Shown: positions 38,621-52,790 of the stretch, piece after piece
Layout: each line of letters starts with the position of its first letter
Numbering within the stretch: position 1 is the first letter of the stretch
Assembly: GCA_013265495.1 (NCBI GenBank)
Contig: MU058384.1
Coordinates: 4,575,239 to 4,639,238, forward strand
Direction of reading: 5' to 3'
Source: Vicugna vicugna
Lineage: Eukaryota
Length of the DNA: 64,000 nt
Position numbers and translations under genes: made by a program
Notes under the pieces: model-generated
Told to the model about the DNA's origin: nothing
Database searches by the model: none
What the model saw: the letters and a program-made list of their open reading frames with translations, nothing else

Positions 38621-39028
38621 CTTATTATATGGGAGCCCTTGAAAGTAAATGGTTTTCAGTAAGTGTGTGCCCAGTAGTTCCCAATTGAGTCCAGACTGAA
38701 GTCTGACAAGTGATCATGTCATTCTGCTGAAAAGCAAAACTTTGTTGACAAGGTCACCAGAGCCCTTCCCACTTTGGCTGTTTGCTTTTACTGACTGCTC
38801 CACAGCCCTGTGCCACCTTCAAAACCAGGAAGCACATGGGTTTCCTGTCCCTCTTGCTACCTTGCAGGAAATTCCTGGCTTTGGGTCATCTGGGATGCAC
38901 TGGCTAGACATGCCAGCAGAGAGACAGAGGAGGAGCTGACACCAAATCCAGACAGTGCAGGGATTTTTGCCTGACCAGGTGTTTGACTTTCTCCACTTCC
39001 CTTCAAATGGTCCTCCTCAAAGTCATGT
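38621..39028 (-). pseudogene. Pseudo-exon, SUEL-lectin-like second half plus Cys-rich segment
   Basis: atttatgtgtag| acceptor. Reads VEKVK/NTWSGKNPCTV/SGFG (cf. KVKxxCxGKxxCTV...FG), then SQCIPDDPKPGISCKVARGTGNPC. Confidence 0.55.
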
Positions 39029-41751
39029 CTACACATAAATAGTGATCTTGTACACATCAATATACATTTAACTAGACCATTTAGATGTCAAGTCCAATAT
39101 TAAGTGATATTAAGTACTTCTACTTAAAAATATTCATTTCTTCTTAAAATTCATCAATTCTAAATTATAATCCTCCTAAAATAATGAATTATTTTATAAT
39201 GAACAGGAAGGTCACTTCCATTTTTCCACTAGAAAATAACATAAAATTCCAACTCACTTTGAGTCTATATCCAGCAACAAAAAGGAACTGTTCACAGAAA
39301 GAAAACAAGTTAATTTGCAGTCATAGAGGAAAGAGTAAAATAGTTAAAATTTAAATAAAACAGCTAATATTTATTGCATGTTTATTCCTGTGTCAGTTCA
39401 GACCCTCCAAGAAGAAGATGCCAAGATGGAATTAGATGGTAAAAGCATGTGCTGAGGGAAACACTTGTGAGAGAGAAGGGGCAGAGCTGCTGGTGAGAAC
39501 GCTAGACTGTGTTGCCATTTCTTATACTTCTCTTAATTAGACCTGAATGGAATCTCTGAGTTGACAACTTTTAACTTTATTTCTGGTTATTTTATTTTAT
39601 TTTGGATTAATCAAAAAAAGCTAGTTAGTTCGCCTTAAAAATTTGTCATATCTGACATTAGCATGTGAAATTGTTTTTTATTGTAATTTCAAAACTAACA
39701 TCAGAAAATCATAGGATGGAAGTAAGTGTGAGTGCCTGGGACCCTCGAGGTCATCAAATCCAGCTTTCCACCCAAGTAGACATATATGGTCATTCAGCTT
39801 TTTCCTGAACATTACCCTTGTGAGGGAAATAGCTTCATCACAAAGCAATCCAGTTTACTGCTAGAGAACTTTACTCATTAGAAAGTCCTTTGTTTATTTA
39901 TTTTTATGGAGCCTTTAGGAAAATCTTATAGCTTCCCCCTAGAGCTTCAAGAAGAGATATTAGAAGAATGTTACTGGGAGTCTCCTTCTTCTCTGGCCTG
40001 GGATAATGAACCATAGCTCATCTTAACATTTTTTCCATAATATTATTTCCAGAATCGTAACCACTTCAGTCACCCTCTTCCAGATGTGCCATTAATTTTC
40101 CAATATCCTTCCAAATATATGGCAGCCAGAACTGGATTGTCCAGCCAAATGAAGTGACTAGTGTTGAATACCGTGGGATGATCTAGTCTCTGCATTTCTC
40201 TTAATGAATTACATTTTGAGCATCATATGTCACAGCATTGCTTCATGTTGAATTTGTACTTAATGAAAACCTCTAAACTATAAACTATAAAATTAAATCC
40301 AGATAGAACCCCAAAGATGATCTTATTTCAACATCCTCTCTCTCAGATAGAGAAATTAAGAATGTGAAAGATTATGTGTCAAGAGTCACATAGTTAATTT
40401 GTAGCAGAATCAAGATTAAATTTTAAAAGTCCTAATGCAATGCTTCATTTCACTTCTAAAAATTTTATTTTCATGCAAAGTGCTTTGAGCTTCTTCTTCT
40501 TCCCCATCTTCCAACTAAGTAATTAGTTTCTTAAGCTAAGGGCAAAATTTTACCTTTGTCCTTTTGCATGTGATATTTATGGCTTTGTGGACTCCAGGGA
40601 GTCTCCAGCCATTGGGATCATTTTAAAGATTAAGGGAAGAAAATTGGAGAAAAGCTAGGGAAGAGCCCTGAATCTTTGCATTAAAATGGTTTTCTGGTGG
40701 GAAATGCTGTTCAGTCCCCTCTTGAAGGGCAGCCCCTATACACTGCTCTGCCTGGGCCAGTCCTTTTGTCTTTCCTGATTTCTTCATCTGATGGCAAAAC
40801 ACCTGATATCAGACAACACTGGTCACTCACTTGTTAAACACTGAACATTCCTGTCTTCATCCAAGGCATGCATGCCACCTTAGAAAGGACTGTGCTTCTC
40901 TTAATCTTTGAGTCCTTAAGTATTATCTCCACCTACTCACTTCATTCAGTTGGGATCTCAGCCTATAGCCTCAGCAGGGATTGGTCATGCTGTTTCACTT
41001 GTTCAGTTCAACTTCCCAGTAGAATCTCAGTAGAATCTCCGAGTTTGGCACCATCAGTTCATCTGTTCATTACCACCTATTCATGTCCGTCTACATTTTC
41101 ACAATTATTTGTAGCATGTCTGCTATGTAAAGCACATATTAGAGGTTATCTTATTCATTTAGTACCTTGTTTTGGCTATTTAAAACTATTGTCAAAGCCT
41201 ACCAATTTCTTCCAATTAATATACAAGTGTACATTAAATCAAAGAAAACCAGTGTAGCATGTGTACATCTTAAATATATAAGTTATAGATCTTTTGCATT
41301 CAACTGCAAGTATTGATCTGTCCTCTTTATATTCCTAGGCCCCAACCAAAAATAATATGAGATTATGTTTTCCCATATTTTGTGACAGTTTGGGTCGAAA
41401 AGAAAAAAGAAAACTCCCTAGATAGCATTTCCTCTCTCTACAGCCCCCACCTCTGCCTGTCTATCAAGGATTGGGAGAGGACAAAACTATTAAAAAATAG
41501 CAATTCATTTAAAGATTGTCATTACTTCCTGGTAGCCACATTAACCATGCCAAGTTGAAATCTTATGTACTTCAGTCCTCTTTCTTTCACTAATCCATTC
41601 ATCCATCTATCCATCCAAAAACTAAGAAGCAAAATATTCCAGTAGCCCCTACTGTGGTCTCAGCAGTTTGATCTAGTTAATTTAAGGGAATATCAGGGTG
41701 ATATAAACTTCGAAGTCTCTGAAATTTAGCATAAATTCACACCAGAATTAC

Positions 41752-41923
41752 GAGAGTGTTGCCCTTGGTTTTAGAAAAGGTGGTTCCTATGAAAACTTTG
41801 AATTACTGGAGCCTGATCAAGTTAGTAATCCCAGCTCAATGTACTCTGCACTTGACCTTGCCTGGTACACCCTGATATGTTGATATGCTAGTGTGGATTC
41901 CTCATTTTGATTCAGCTGATCCT
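41752..41923 (-). pseudogene. Pseudo-exon, SUEL-lectin-like second half
   Basis: gcttctatctag| acceptor. Reads EESTLAYQHI/..PGKVKCRV. Donor uncertain. Confidence 0.5.
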
Positions 41924-42369
41924 CTAGATAGAAGCTTTGTTACCCGACACTAATGCTCCCCAGGAATCATGAAAAAGTGTTCAGTTAGTTTGGGGGAAGT
42001 CAATCAAACATACCAAACACAGAAATTATAGAGGTACTTGCCACTAGACTAATTCTGAAATCATGAATCTAGGTAATTATTTACTCTTTGTAACAGCTCA
42101 AGGCAGGCTAGCACAGGGCAAAGAGCTAGGCTGCCTGCATTCAAATCCTAGCTCTGCCACTTACATGTCGTATGATCATGCACAAGGCTCTTAACACGTC
42201 TCTATCTTAGTTTCTCTAACTGTAAGACAAGGATGGTAATAACACTTAATTATAAAGAGGATTAATAAGTTAATACATGCAGAAAACTTAAATAGCACAT
42301 GGTAAATATTATGTATTATTATAATTTAGTCTCAACCTTCTAATCATAAAAAGGAAAACATAAACATAC

Positions 42370-42648
42370 TCCATTATATTTCAACTCCATAGCTTGTGAA
42401 TCCTGAATAGTGATATTGATATACCATCCACATGTCTTTGGTTTATAATTCCTTGATCTATCTGACCCCAGACCATACTCAGTGTGACAAACCAAACTAT
42501 CCCCTCCTGCTGGTGAAACTCTGCCGTCAGGCGAGTGAAGGCATGAAAGTACTGAAGCTGCTGTTATATGAACATGTTTATTATTATGTGTAAACACATA
42601 GGCATATAAATGTCTCTTCTCTCAGGCTTCAGGTCTTCAACTTCAGTG
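42370..42648 (-). pseudogene. Pseudo-exon, SUEL-lectin-like first half
   Basis: ttcccctcttag| acceptor and GGA|GTATGT donor. ORF 42340-42597 contains DSLVCHTEY...KTCGWYINITI, with a frameshifted TSYG (cf. VC...C..G..IxI..AxYG). Confidence 0.55.
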
Positions 42649-43329
42649 CTAAGAGGGGAACTGAGGCAATCATATAAGTTTAGCAGAATAGTGAAGGGCA
42701 GATGAGAGAGGCAAGTTTTAATCAGCCTATTAATTCTCTTAATATTTTTCCTCACTTGAGCATGGAGGCCATTATGGTCAGGCTTAAATAAATATTCACA
42801 TACTCACAATAGCAATTAAGAGAAAACATTTTAAACATGTTGGATTAAACTAAAAATCTAAAGATAAACAAAACCTCAACTACTACCTTGAACCTATAAG
42901 TAATAGTTCATTATCCCTCAGAATCCCAAGTGATGTATAACCTTAAAGCAGAGTGCTCGCAAGAACCACAATAGAAAGAAAACAGCTGGTTAGCAGCTGC
43001 ATGGTAATACCATAGGTCCATTTTCATGAAAATGAAAAATAACACATTCATTTAGAACCTATAAACTCAACTCCTTATCCCTGGTTGTTTTGTGGCTAAA
43101 CAGGAAGCTTCTCCCATGTTTTATGCCCTTCATATTTGAGCCCAATCCAACAGTCCCAGATTAAAGGCAAAGAAAAGACCCAAGTTTCAGTCACGTTATC
43201 TGCTTTCTAAATCTAAACGCAAAATTCATATTCATTCAAAGTAAATATGCACAGCACATTATGAGAGAAAGAGTTTTGTTCAAGGAAACCCAAAGGAAGC
43301 ATGTTAATTATAACTTGAATTTACACAGC

Positions 43330-43590
43330 ACCTAACTTAGGAGGAGTTCAAAGCAAATGCACGTGTGGAAAAGGTCAAACCCAGCAGCCAAACAGGAAAG
43401 CTGTGAAGCTTCTTTTCCATTCCAGGCCACCATATAAGGTGGGGTTTCCTTTTATGTTTAAGTTTAGACATCATCAGAAAAGTCAAACCACAGGAGAATG
43501 ATGAAAGTTGTGCTAAAATGTGGTTGATGTTTATGTCTTCTGTTTCCAACACAACCCTTTGGCAGAAAGTCTGAATCGGCTTCTCCGAGA
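43330..43590 (-). pseudogene. Possible pseudo-exon, C-type-lectin-like
   Basis: QTFCQRVVLETEDIN.../LLWFDFSDD...PPYMVAW...SCLAA across frames. Boundaries unclear. Confidence 0.3.
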
Positions 43591-45660
43591 ACTTTCTTTA
43601 TTACATTACATAATTAGAAGCTTTTATTGTTTAAAAAAATTAGCATACTTGACAAAGCTCAGTTTGATACCTAAGGAGACAAATAAATCATTCATATGAT
43701 AAAAGACTGTTCATGACAATTCTTTAAATCCTGAAAATGTCAAATAATGAATTAGAACCAATTCTTGCTTCTTTCTGATAAGAAGAGAAAATAATAATTT
43801 AAGAGCATGAATTTATGAGAACGTACTAATTGATCCCTGATCTTTGTTAGGAACTTTGAGGAATATAAAGGTAAATCTAAAAAGTTAAGAAACTCTTAAT
43901 ATAGTAAGTAGAGAGATACAGTTTGTATAAAAACAAGGATATAGCACTACGTAAGTTTATAAAAACAAAAACAAAACTTTGGTGAGAGAGGTCAATTATA
44001 TCCACAAACTTGAAGGGCAATCATTATTCAATAGAGATGGGAAAGAGACTTAGAAAAAAGTTTCAAAGAGGATGATATGACAGTAAGACAAGACCATGAA
44101 GTGAGAAAAAGTATGGCATACTAAGGGAGTAGTGAGTTATACAATGTTATATGCCAATTATATCTCAATAAAGCTGGAGGAAAAAGGGCCAGTGAGTGGC
44201 CCAGTACAGTTAAGATGGGTTAGGGTCAGAATGATGACAAGAAGTGTATTATTGGATCTGAAAGTGAGGATATGAATCCCAGTGCTATCACTTAGTAATC
44301 TTGTGACATTGAATAAGGTGGATAAACTCTTCAAGCCTCAGTTTCTTCTTAAGTAAAATGGAGTTGTTAATAGTACACACATCATATGATTTCTGTGAAA
44401 ATTAAGTGAGATAATGACTGTGATGCTCATAAAGCCAGATGGTTATATTATAGTCATCTTCATGTGGCCAGAAATCAGCACAGTACTTCAAACATAGTAA
44501 ATGCTCAACAATTCTTAGCTTCCATGATTATTATGAATTTTTAGGTAAAACTAGAAAAGTAGTTAGATACAAACCACCAAGTCCTTGACTATATAGTGAA
44601 AAATGGAGAGCCACTGTTAGGTTTTGTGATCAGAACGTTGCTTAAGTTAACCTAGAAAACAAATTCTAAGGAGACTAGAGTTAGGACTATCACTGAGGAA
44701 GCAGAAAAGAGCCTAAACTAGATTGGAAAAGAGGAGATGATAGCAGAGATATCTTGGAAGACTCAGGAGTAAACCATAAGAAAGCTATAGAATAGTCTCT
44801 GTACCTTCATAAAAACAAACAAAAGGGCTGAATTCAGAAATGACTTAAGCTCAACATTAGACTGACCACTGGGTAATAAAACATTCTCTAGGGCTTGAGT
44901 ATCCTTAAGATATAAATTCCAGATAAATGAGACATTTACTGGCAGGAAGTTTCCATCCTAATCAAAAAAAAAAAAGCCAGGACAACAGACTTTTTCTATG
45001 ACTTAGATCTAAATCTAAATCCTAAGGGAGACATTTATTTAATAAAGTAATTACAAGTGCTGACTGTCATACTGCCAGTGTTCAATCCAGCCCTATCACT
45101 TTCTAGCCATGTAGCAAGTTACTTAACCACTCCATGCTTCAGTTTGCTTTATCTATGAGACACTGGGATCTATCTAATTAATAGCAATACCTACTTTAAG
45201 AGGTTTTTGTCTGGATTAATTACTTAAAAACCTTAAACACATAAGATTGCGCCTGGTACACAATTAGCCATGGATAAATGTTAGTTGTCTTAATTCCTGA
45301 GCTATTTCTGTTTGATCTGGGCTGAGATCTACTGGTGGCATATGAATCAATCCCAAACTCTACAACTTCCCCGTATCTTGCATCATGTCCCATATACCAC
45401 AATGAGTCTCTACTTTAATAAGACTGATTAATTCTCCACTTTGCTTCACTTGCCACATCCCAAAGATGTAAGATTTGATAATTTGGCATGCAATTTGAAA
45501 TATTACTCCTCATTGCATGCATCATACATATCCACATAGTACAGCAAAAGCGTTCTAGGGACCAAATACTGATCTCAGACGAGTGATAACAAACTTATTT
45601 TTAAAAAATCCCTTTTTGGGTTTAAAAGACCCAAATACCTTCAATGTTTCTGTGATTTTA

Positions 45661-45770
45661 TTTTTATTTTTTTACTTAAAAAATTTTTTTTAAGTGGAAG
45701 GAAAAGTTTATGATGGGTACACTGCCACAGACAGCAGCAGACCACACAGATCAGAGGTGCCTGTGTGAGG
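45661..45770 (-). mobile_element. Short poly(A)-tailed retroposed insertion of unknown source
   Basis: Perfect 19 bp direct repeat caatgtttctgtgatttta at 45642-45660 and 45771-45789. T-rich tail on the left. Confidence 0.85.
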
Positions 45771-47643
45771 CAATGTTTCTGTGATTTTAAAAAATGACAT
45801 TTTCAAATATGTCAAAATAAGCAAAATCCATATGGAAATTTCCTCTGTATAGTGACTTAATAGAAAATGAACCAATTTTGTGTTATCTTCTTGGATAATA
45901 CATTTAAAAATAATACAATGTATCCTGCTGTTTATCATCACATAGTAGACAGTTACTGTGTAACCACTGTATAGAAACATAAAATGTAGATAATGAGTTC
46001 ATAGATAATAAAATATTATACTATTTATCACCACATAATTACTATATAAAACAAAATGTATATTGATTCAAGTATTTTGTATTATCATTCTAATACACAA
46101 ATTTTCCACTGACAAGCCAAAGGCCTGCTTGTCATGGGCCTTTTCAAGCCTTCAGTAATTAATTACTACTTAATGATGGGCCAGTCATTCCAAACAATTC
46201 ACTAAATTGATACCGTTTGGGGGAATCAATACAGCATTGGCTGAAATTTTAACTACCCTGAATTATTAATCTAGTGTCATCATGGACATGCTAAATGAAT
46301 TAATTCCTTCACACACTACTGGGCATAATCTAAGTGTATTGGAAATCTCTATTTCTTGATAGCTGAAAAAAATAAGAAAGGAAGGATGAGGTACAGATTT
46401 TAAACACAGCATTCAGAAGGCTTAAGAGTGAATTATTACAAGTAACCACAATTTTAATTTCTACACAACTACTTTATTCAGTTAAACATTCTTCTTTAAA
46501 GCAAAATACAGTTAAATGTATCTCCACCTGTTAAATGTATGTCCACCTGATCACACACTGATCAAGAAGTGACAGTCATGAATGCCTAAAGAGATCTATC
46601 TGGAAGTTCCAGAAAGTATACTTCAGTTTTGTGCATAACAATTCTGCAAGTCAAACAAAAAGACCATTCATGATTATTTTATAAAACCACATATCTCTAC
46701 ATAAAGCCAACCATGTTTTTATGTCACTTCATAATATTAAGGAACATGATTAACTGTTTGCATCTGTTATCCTCTTATTCCTCTCCTTTATCAGCAAAAA
46801 AAAAACAAAAAACAAAAAACAAAAAACAAACCATGATACAATTGAATTGATCTTTAACCAAGGGAAAAAGGAAAATACTCCAACTTTTGCTTGTCAATAC
46901 TGGCAAACATATTGCCAAGCTCTAGACTCAAGAGACCTTACAATTACCTTCAGACTAAGGGACAGTAGCAACATTCAAATTCCTCCCAACAGAGCTACCC
47001 AGACGCAATTTATCTCATTATGTCCTAGAAATAGGGTACATACGTTCAGTTTGCAGTGTCAGCTCAATCCCTATTGTTATTCAAAATAGGGAATTGGCGG
47101 GAAGCAGTAAGAACTCAAGCTTGCAGTAGAATGCCCTTAAGTTCAAATCCCAGCAGCCCTACTTACTAAATGTTTTGACAGTGGGCAAGCCACTTCTCCA
47201 AACCTCAGCTCTTTCCTCTATAAAGTAGATGCATATAAAGGGCTTATTAGCACACACCCTGGTACAACATAAGCCCTCAATAAATAGTAAACAGTAAGAT
47301 TATTGTTACAACCTAATTTCCTCTAGGTTAAAAAAGAAGTATAGCCTTATCAGTTAGTTACACATAGTCAAGAGTGGTAAATTTATTCAGTGTCAGAGGC
47401 ACGATGAGTATATTTGTGTGAGGAATAAGGGCCTTTAGGTTAGTTACTTTCAGTTAGTCAGAAGAGACAGCAGTAGAGAGGTGAGCGCGGCCAGGATTCA
47501 ATTTTCAGGAGCACTGAATAAGACCTACTGTTACTGAGCAACCATTCATTTTTTTTAATCAAGCAAGTAAGTGATCAAAATCATTCAGAGAATGATATAG
47601 ATGAAGAGATTGAAGCCTAGTGCTCAGTTAGAAATTGAATGTT

Positions 47644-47838
47644 GGGGGAGGCTATAGCTCAAGTGGTAGAGCGCATGCTTAGCAAGCACAAGGTCCTGGT
47701 TTCAATCCCCAGTACCTCCTGTAAAAGTAAATAAATAAACCTAAGCACCTCCCCCCAAATTAAAAACCTAAAAAAAAAGGTGAATAAAGTTAAAAAAACA
47801 TTGAACAAGTGAAACCACTTATTCATTAAAAAAAAAAA
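47644..47838 (+). mobile_element. Vic-1-type SINE with an extra 3' segment
   Basis: gggggaggctatagctcaagtggtagagcgcatgcttagc...ttcaatccccagtacctcc...aaataaacctaa; two A-rich tails. Confidence 0.92.
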
Positions 47839-49829
47839 GTAGAAATCAAACATAATAATTCAAGCTGGAGAAGCTTAAGACCTGAAACAAGGCAACGTAA
47901 AGAATTTAGCAAAATGCAAAAGTCATGATACAATTCCAATATATAAGCTGTTGTTAGATTCTAGGTCTCAGCCTAGGCCTGTGAGGAAGGTTTGTCTACA
48001 TTATGTGGAGAAAGGGAAAAAAGGATTGCTCATAGTGAATTTCATTTTAGCTAGAGTTATTATCCTAAAAAGATTATCCAATATTAACTAACTGCATAGT
48101 TAATTTAAGACCAGTACTCATTTGTTGTTTTTTAAAAAATAGTATGAATAAAAAGAATAAGGAAATAAAATGGTGCCTTAGTTACATATTCCACAAAATA
48201 AGAGTAATAATGGTACCTACTTTATCATGTTATCGTAAGACTTAAATAAATTAATAAATGTAGACTATCAATGCCTGATACATACTAAGTAATTTTAGTT
48301 AGCAACAGTAGTAGTGGTAGCATTGTTGTTTAGAATGTTATGAACCAGATAAGCCCGTATCTAAAAGAAGTAAGAAAAAATCCAGCAAGTTACCATGGAT
48401 TTCATTTTAGCACTCCATTCAGATCTTTATTGTTTTAAACATATACTTCTTAGAAAGCTTTAAAAAAAAATCTGTTATATGAGTAAAACTGACAGACAAA
48501 AAGAATGCTAACCATGAAAACTAATGGACACTGAGGAAGAAGATAAGAAAGCTGGAAAGTAAATGCCACAGGAAAAGAAAGGGTTAGTTGCTTAATATAT
48601 ATTAATTAATTTAATCTTCAATTTTTTTTTATTCCCAAATTTATCACAGAGGCATTGTGCAGCAAATTAGGCACAGCAAAGGAAAAAAAACCTGAATTTG
48701 GGAAGTAAAAGACAAAGTAGAGAAATTTTTCTAGAACTCATATCACAAGGGCAAAGAGATTGAAAACACACATACATCTGTCCAGATCCATATATATCTC
48801 CAGACCCAAAGAACCAATAAATGTATAATAGGCATTCCAGAATGAGAACAGGACAAATATCAATATTCCAAGAAATAACAGGAAAAATATTTTCTGCTGT
48901 AACAAAGAAAGGCTGAGAATACACATTGTATTTTAGATAGACTTAGTGAAAACAGAGCCACATCTACATGATCTAGAACTAACCAATAGTTTTTAGGGGC
49001 TTAAGTTCTGCTAGTAAGTGTGGACTTGGGCTACTAATAGGTGGGCAAGAGACCACTGAGCCAGTAGTCATTTGTGCTACACTCTGCCATTCAAACCATC
49101 TCAAGTTCTTCCTAGAATGAGTCTGAGTAGTAAAATACATGTGTGTGTATGTATTTGTGTGTGTATGTGTGCATGCACACATTTCTGCACACAGAGGGAA
49201 TAAAGACTGGGGGTAATAAAGCCTCAGCACACCTCATTTTCAAACTTGTTTTTAAGCAACAAAACCATTTCTTTAAAAAACAAAAAGTCTCTTATCTATA
49301 CGCTCAGTACCTAAATAAGACTGATATGGAAGATTTTTGGTTGAACTTGGTGGAGTGAACAGAACTCCACTCTATTCATTGTAATTAAGGATCAGCAACT
49401 GAAATAACGACAGGTTAACTAGAAAGAAGTTTATTTCTCTTGGTTGTAAGCAGTCCTAGGCTGTTATTATCAGGGACCCAGACTCTGTCTAATTGATCTG
49501 CCATGCTTAAGGCTCTGCCCACGGGCATGTAGCACAAGATGGCTTACCACCATATCTACATACTACACAGCAGAATGGATGAACTTGCACGGAATTCACA
49601 ACTCGTTGTTCAGAATGTAGACGTGTGGCCATATGTTACCACAAAGTAAAATGAGAAATGCAGTATTTAGCTGGGCAGCTGTGTGCCAGAACAAAGGTTC
49701 TACAGAAATAGGAAAAATTAGATTTGGGAAGATAACCACCTGTCTCTAAAATAGTTGCCAATCAACCTTTCAGCTAAAGAGCTCTCAAGTACTTCTACAG
49801 TGTCCCCAAGGCAAAGTATGAAAACCTAA

Positions 49830-52790
49830 GTGACACTAAGAGACCATTTCATCCAACAATGCCAGTCAACACATTCTTAGAGAATAACACGAGCATTTGA
49901 AAGATTGTATTTTCTACCATTGTTGGGCCATATGTATAAAAGTTGAACCAATTAATTTTAAATTGAAATAGAAAAAGATTCATGTTCTCTGAACTGAAAG
50001 TAAGTTATGTAAGATATATGGAAAATCTCCAAATATTTAGAAATTAAACAACACCCTTCTAAATAATCCATAGTCAAGAAGAAATCATAAAGTAATTAGA
50101 AAGTATTGCTACCTAAATGATAATGATGGCATAGCATGTCAATATTTATCAGATTTAGCTAAAACACTGCTATAAGAAAAATGCATAGCTTTTAAGTGTT
50201 CACATTAGAAAAGAAAAAAGTTATAAAATTCACAATCTAAGCTTCCACCATGACCTACCAGACAAAAGAAGAGCCAGTTAAAACTAAACTAGAGAAAAGA
50301 AAAGAATAAATACATAAGCAAAACAGTCAATGAAATAAGAAATAGAGAAACAATAGAGCAGGCAATGAAATAAAAAGCTAGTTTCTTTAAAAAAAATCAA
50401 CATGGTTGATAAATATCTAGCTAAATTTATCAAGAAAAAAAGAAAAGAAAAACAAATTATCAATACCATGAATAAAAGAGGAGCATAGCTATATGTTTTA
50501 CAGATATTAAAAGAATAATAATGAAATATTACGCATTTGTTTAAACAAATTTCTAAAAAATAAATTTCTCAAAAACAAATTATCAAAATTGACAAAACAA
50601 GAAATGTACAATCTGAATAGTTCTTAATCTATTAAATTAACTGAAATTGTGATTATATTCTGCTCATCAAGGAAACTATAGGTGCAGGTGGCTTCACTGA
50701 TGAACGATATCAAATATTTAAGAAATAGATGATACCAATATTATACAAATTTGCTCAGAAAACTTCTCAACTCCTTCTAGAAAATTAGCATTTCTCTGAC
50801 ACAAAAACCAGACAAAAGCATTACTAAAAAAATTTAAAAAAAAACTACAGACCAATATTCTCATGAATGTAGTTGGAAATATTCGTAACAGAATATTACC
50901 AAACTGAATGCAGCATTATATAAAAAGGATAATACATTATTATTATTTATTACAGGATTTCAAGGTTAAATAACATTTGAAAAATCAATAAATTCAACAC
51001 ATAAACAAAATAAAGGAGAAAAACTATAAAGTAATCTCAGTTGGTACAAAAACCAACACTCCTTCACGATAAAAACTCTCAGTGAACTAGGAATAGAAAA
51101 GAACTTCCTCAACCTGATAAAGGGTATTTATGAAAGTGATTCAGTTAACATCATACTTAATGTTGAAATACTACCTACCTCCCGACCCAGCTCATGGTTG
51201 GGACAAGAAAAAAAATCTGCTTTCACCATTTCTATTCAGTGTTAAACTGGAAGTCCAAACCAGACCAATGGGGGAAGAAAAAAAAAGTATGCATATTGGA
51301 AAGAAAAAAAAATAAAAAATGTCTTTGTTTGAAGGTGACATGATCATGAACACAGAACACCCTAAGGAGTCTACAGAAAGCCTACAAGAATTAATGAGTG
51401 AATGTTTCAAGGCAGCAGGATATAGTCAATGTGTAAGAATTATTCATGTTCCTACTTACTAGCAAGAAACAAGTGCAACATAAAAATTTTCAAATGCCAT
51501 TTCTCATAGCATCAATAACCAAAAAATTCTTAGAGATAAATTTAATATGTGCCAGACCTATGCAATCAAAACTATAAAACACTGCTGCAATAAATTAATA
51601 AAAAATTAAGTAAATGGAAACATACACTATGTTTACAGATTAGAAGACTCAGTGTTAAGGAGGAGGGTGTAGCTCAGTGGTAGAGCACATGTTTAACCTG
51701 CATGAGGTCCTGGGTTCAATCCCCAGTCCCTCCTTTAAAAAGTAAATAAACAAACCTAATTACCTCCCCCCTAAAAAAATAAATAGATAAAATTAAAAAA
51801 AAAAGACTCAGTGTTAGGAGGTCAATTCTTTTCTAAGTGGTATACAGTTTCAATGAAATCCAAATAAATTTTTAGAGGGCTTTATGATAAACAGGCAAGT
51901 TGGTTCTGAGATTTAAATAGAAATGCTGAAGACTTAAAGTAGCCTAGACTAAATTTTTTTAAAAGAACAAATCTTAAGCACTTACTCTTTTATTTCAAGA
52001 CTCATTGCAAAGATAAAGTCATCAAGATAATACAGTATTGACTTAAGGACAGACACATAGATCAATAGAATGGAATATGATCCATGGACCCCTACATATT
52101 TGGTCAGCTGATTTTTAATGAACGTTTCAAAGTACTTCAATGAAGAAAGAATACTCATTTCAGCAAGTGGTTCTAGACAATTAGATATTCATATAGGAAA
52201 ATAACCGCAACTCATTTTACACCACAAATAAAAATAAATTTGAAATTGATCATAGACCTAACTGTAAATGGTAAAATTGTAAAATGTAAAGAAGAAAGTA
52301 GAGAAGAGCTTCACAATCCTGTGATAGAAAAAGAACTACTACTCAAAACACAAAAGGAAAAAATGACAAATTATATTTCTTCAATATAGTCTGCTCTTCC
52401 AAAACACTGTTTAAAAAGTAAAAAGGCAAGACACACACTAAGAGAAAATATTTGCATTACATATGCCCAACAAAGAATTTATATCTAGAATATATAAAGA
52501 ATCCTTATAGTAAGAAGCCTTAAAGTAAGACTACAAACCTTCTGAAAAGATAATTCACTAAACACATACGAAGGCCAAAAAATAAATGAAATATATTCAA
52601 CATCGTTAGTTGTTAGGGAAATATACATTAAAATTACAATGATTTGTCACTACATGTACACACAGGAATGAGAACATTAAAAAGACTGACAATACCAAGA
52701 ATTGGTAAAGATGTTAAACAACTGGTAATTTCACACATTTTGATTGGGGGAGCAAATGGTGTTATCACTTTAGATACCAATATGGCAGTG
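49830..52790 (+). mobile_element. Old L1 (L1MB/MC-like) ORF2, ~3 kb, decayed
   Basis: Degenerate ORF2 motifs throughout (aactacagaccaatat, gaacttcctcaacctgataaaggg, gacagacacatagatcaatagaa). Confidence 0.9.
51658..51803 (+). mobile_element. Vic-1-type SINE nested in L1
   Basis: tRNA-like head with A/B boxes; TSD aagactcagtgtta on both sides. Confidence 0.95.

Noticed and set aside
40830..41050. Two minus-strand GTGAGT donors with short exon-like segments; overlapping 129 aa plus-strand ORF
   Set aside because: No recognisable motif and the implied intron is only ~63 nt; left uncalled.
47644..47720. tRNA gene (also 51658, 27139, 25563)
   Set aside because: The tRNA-like heads are followed by the shared SINE body, A tails and TSDs; these are SINEs.
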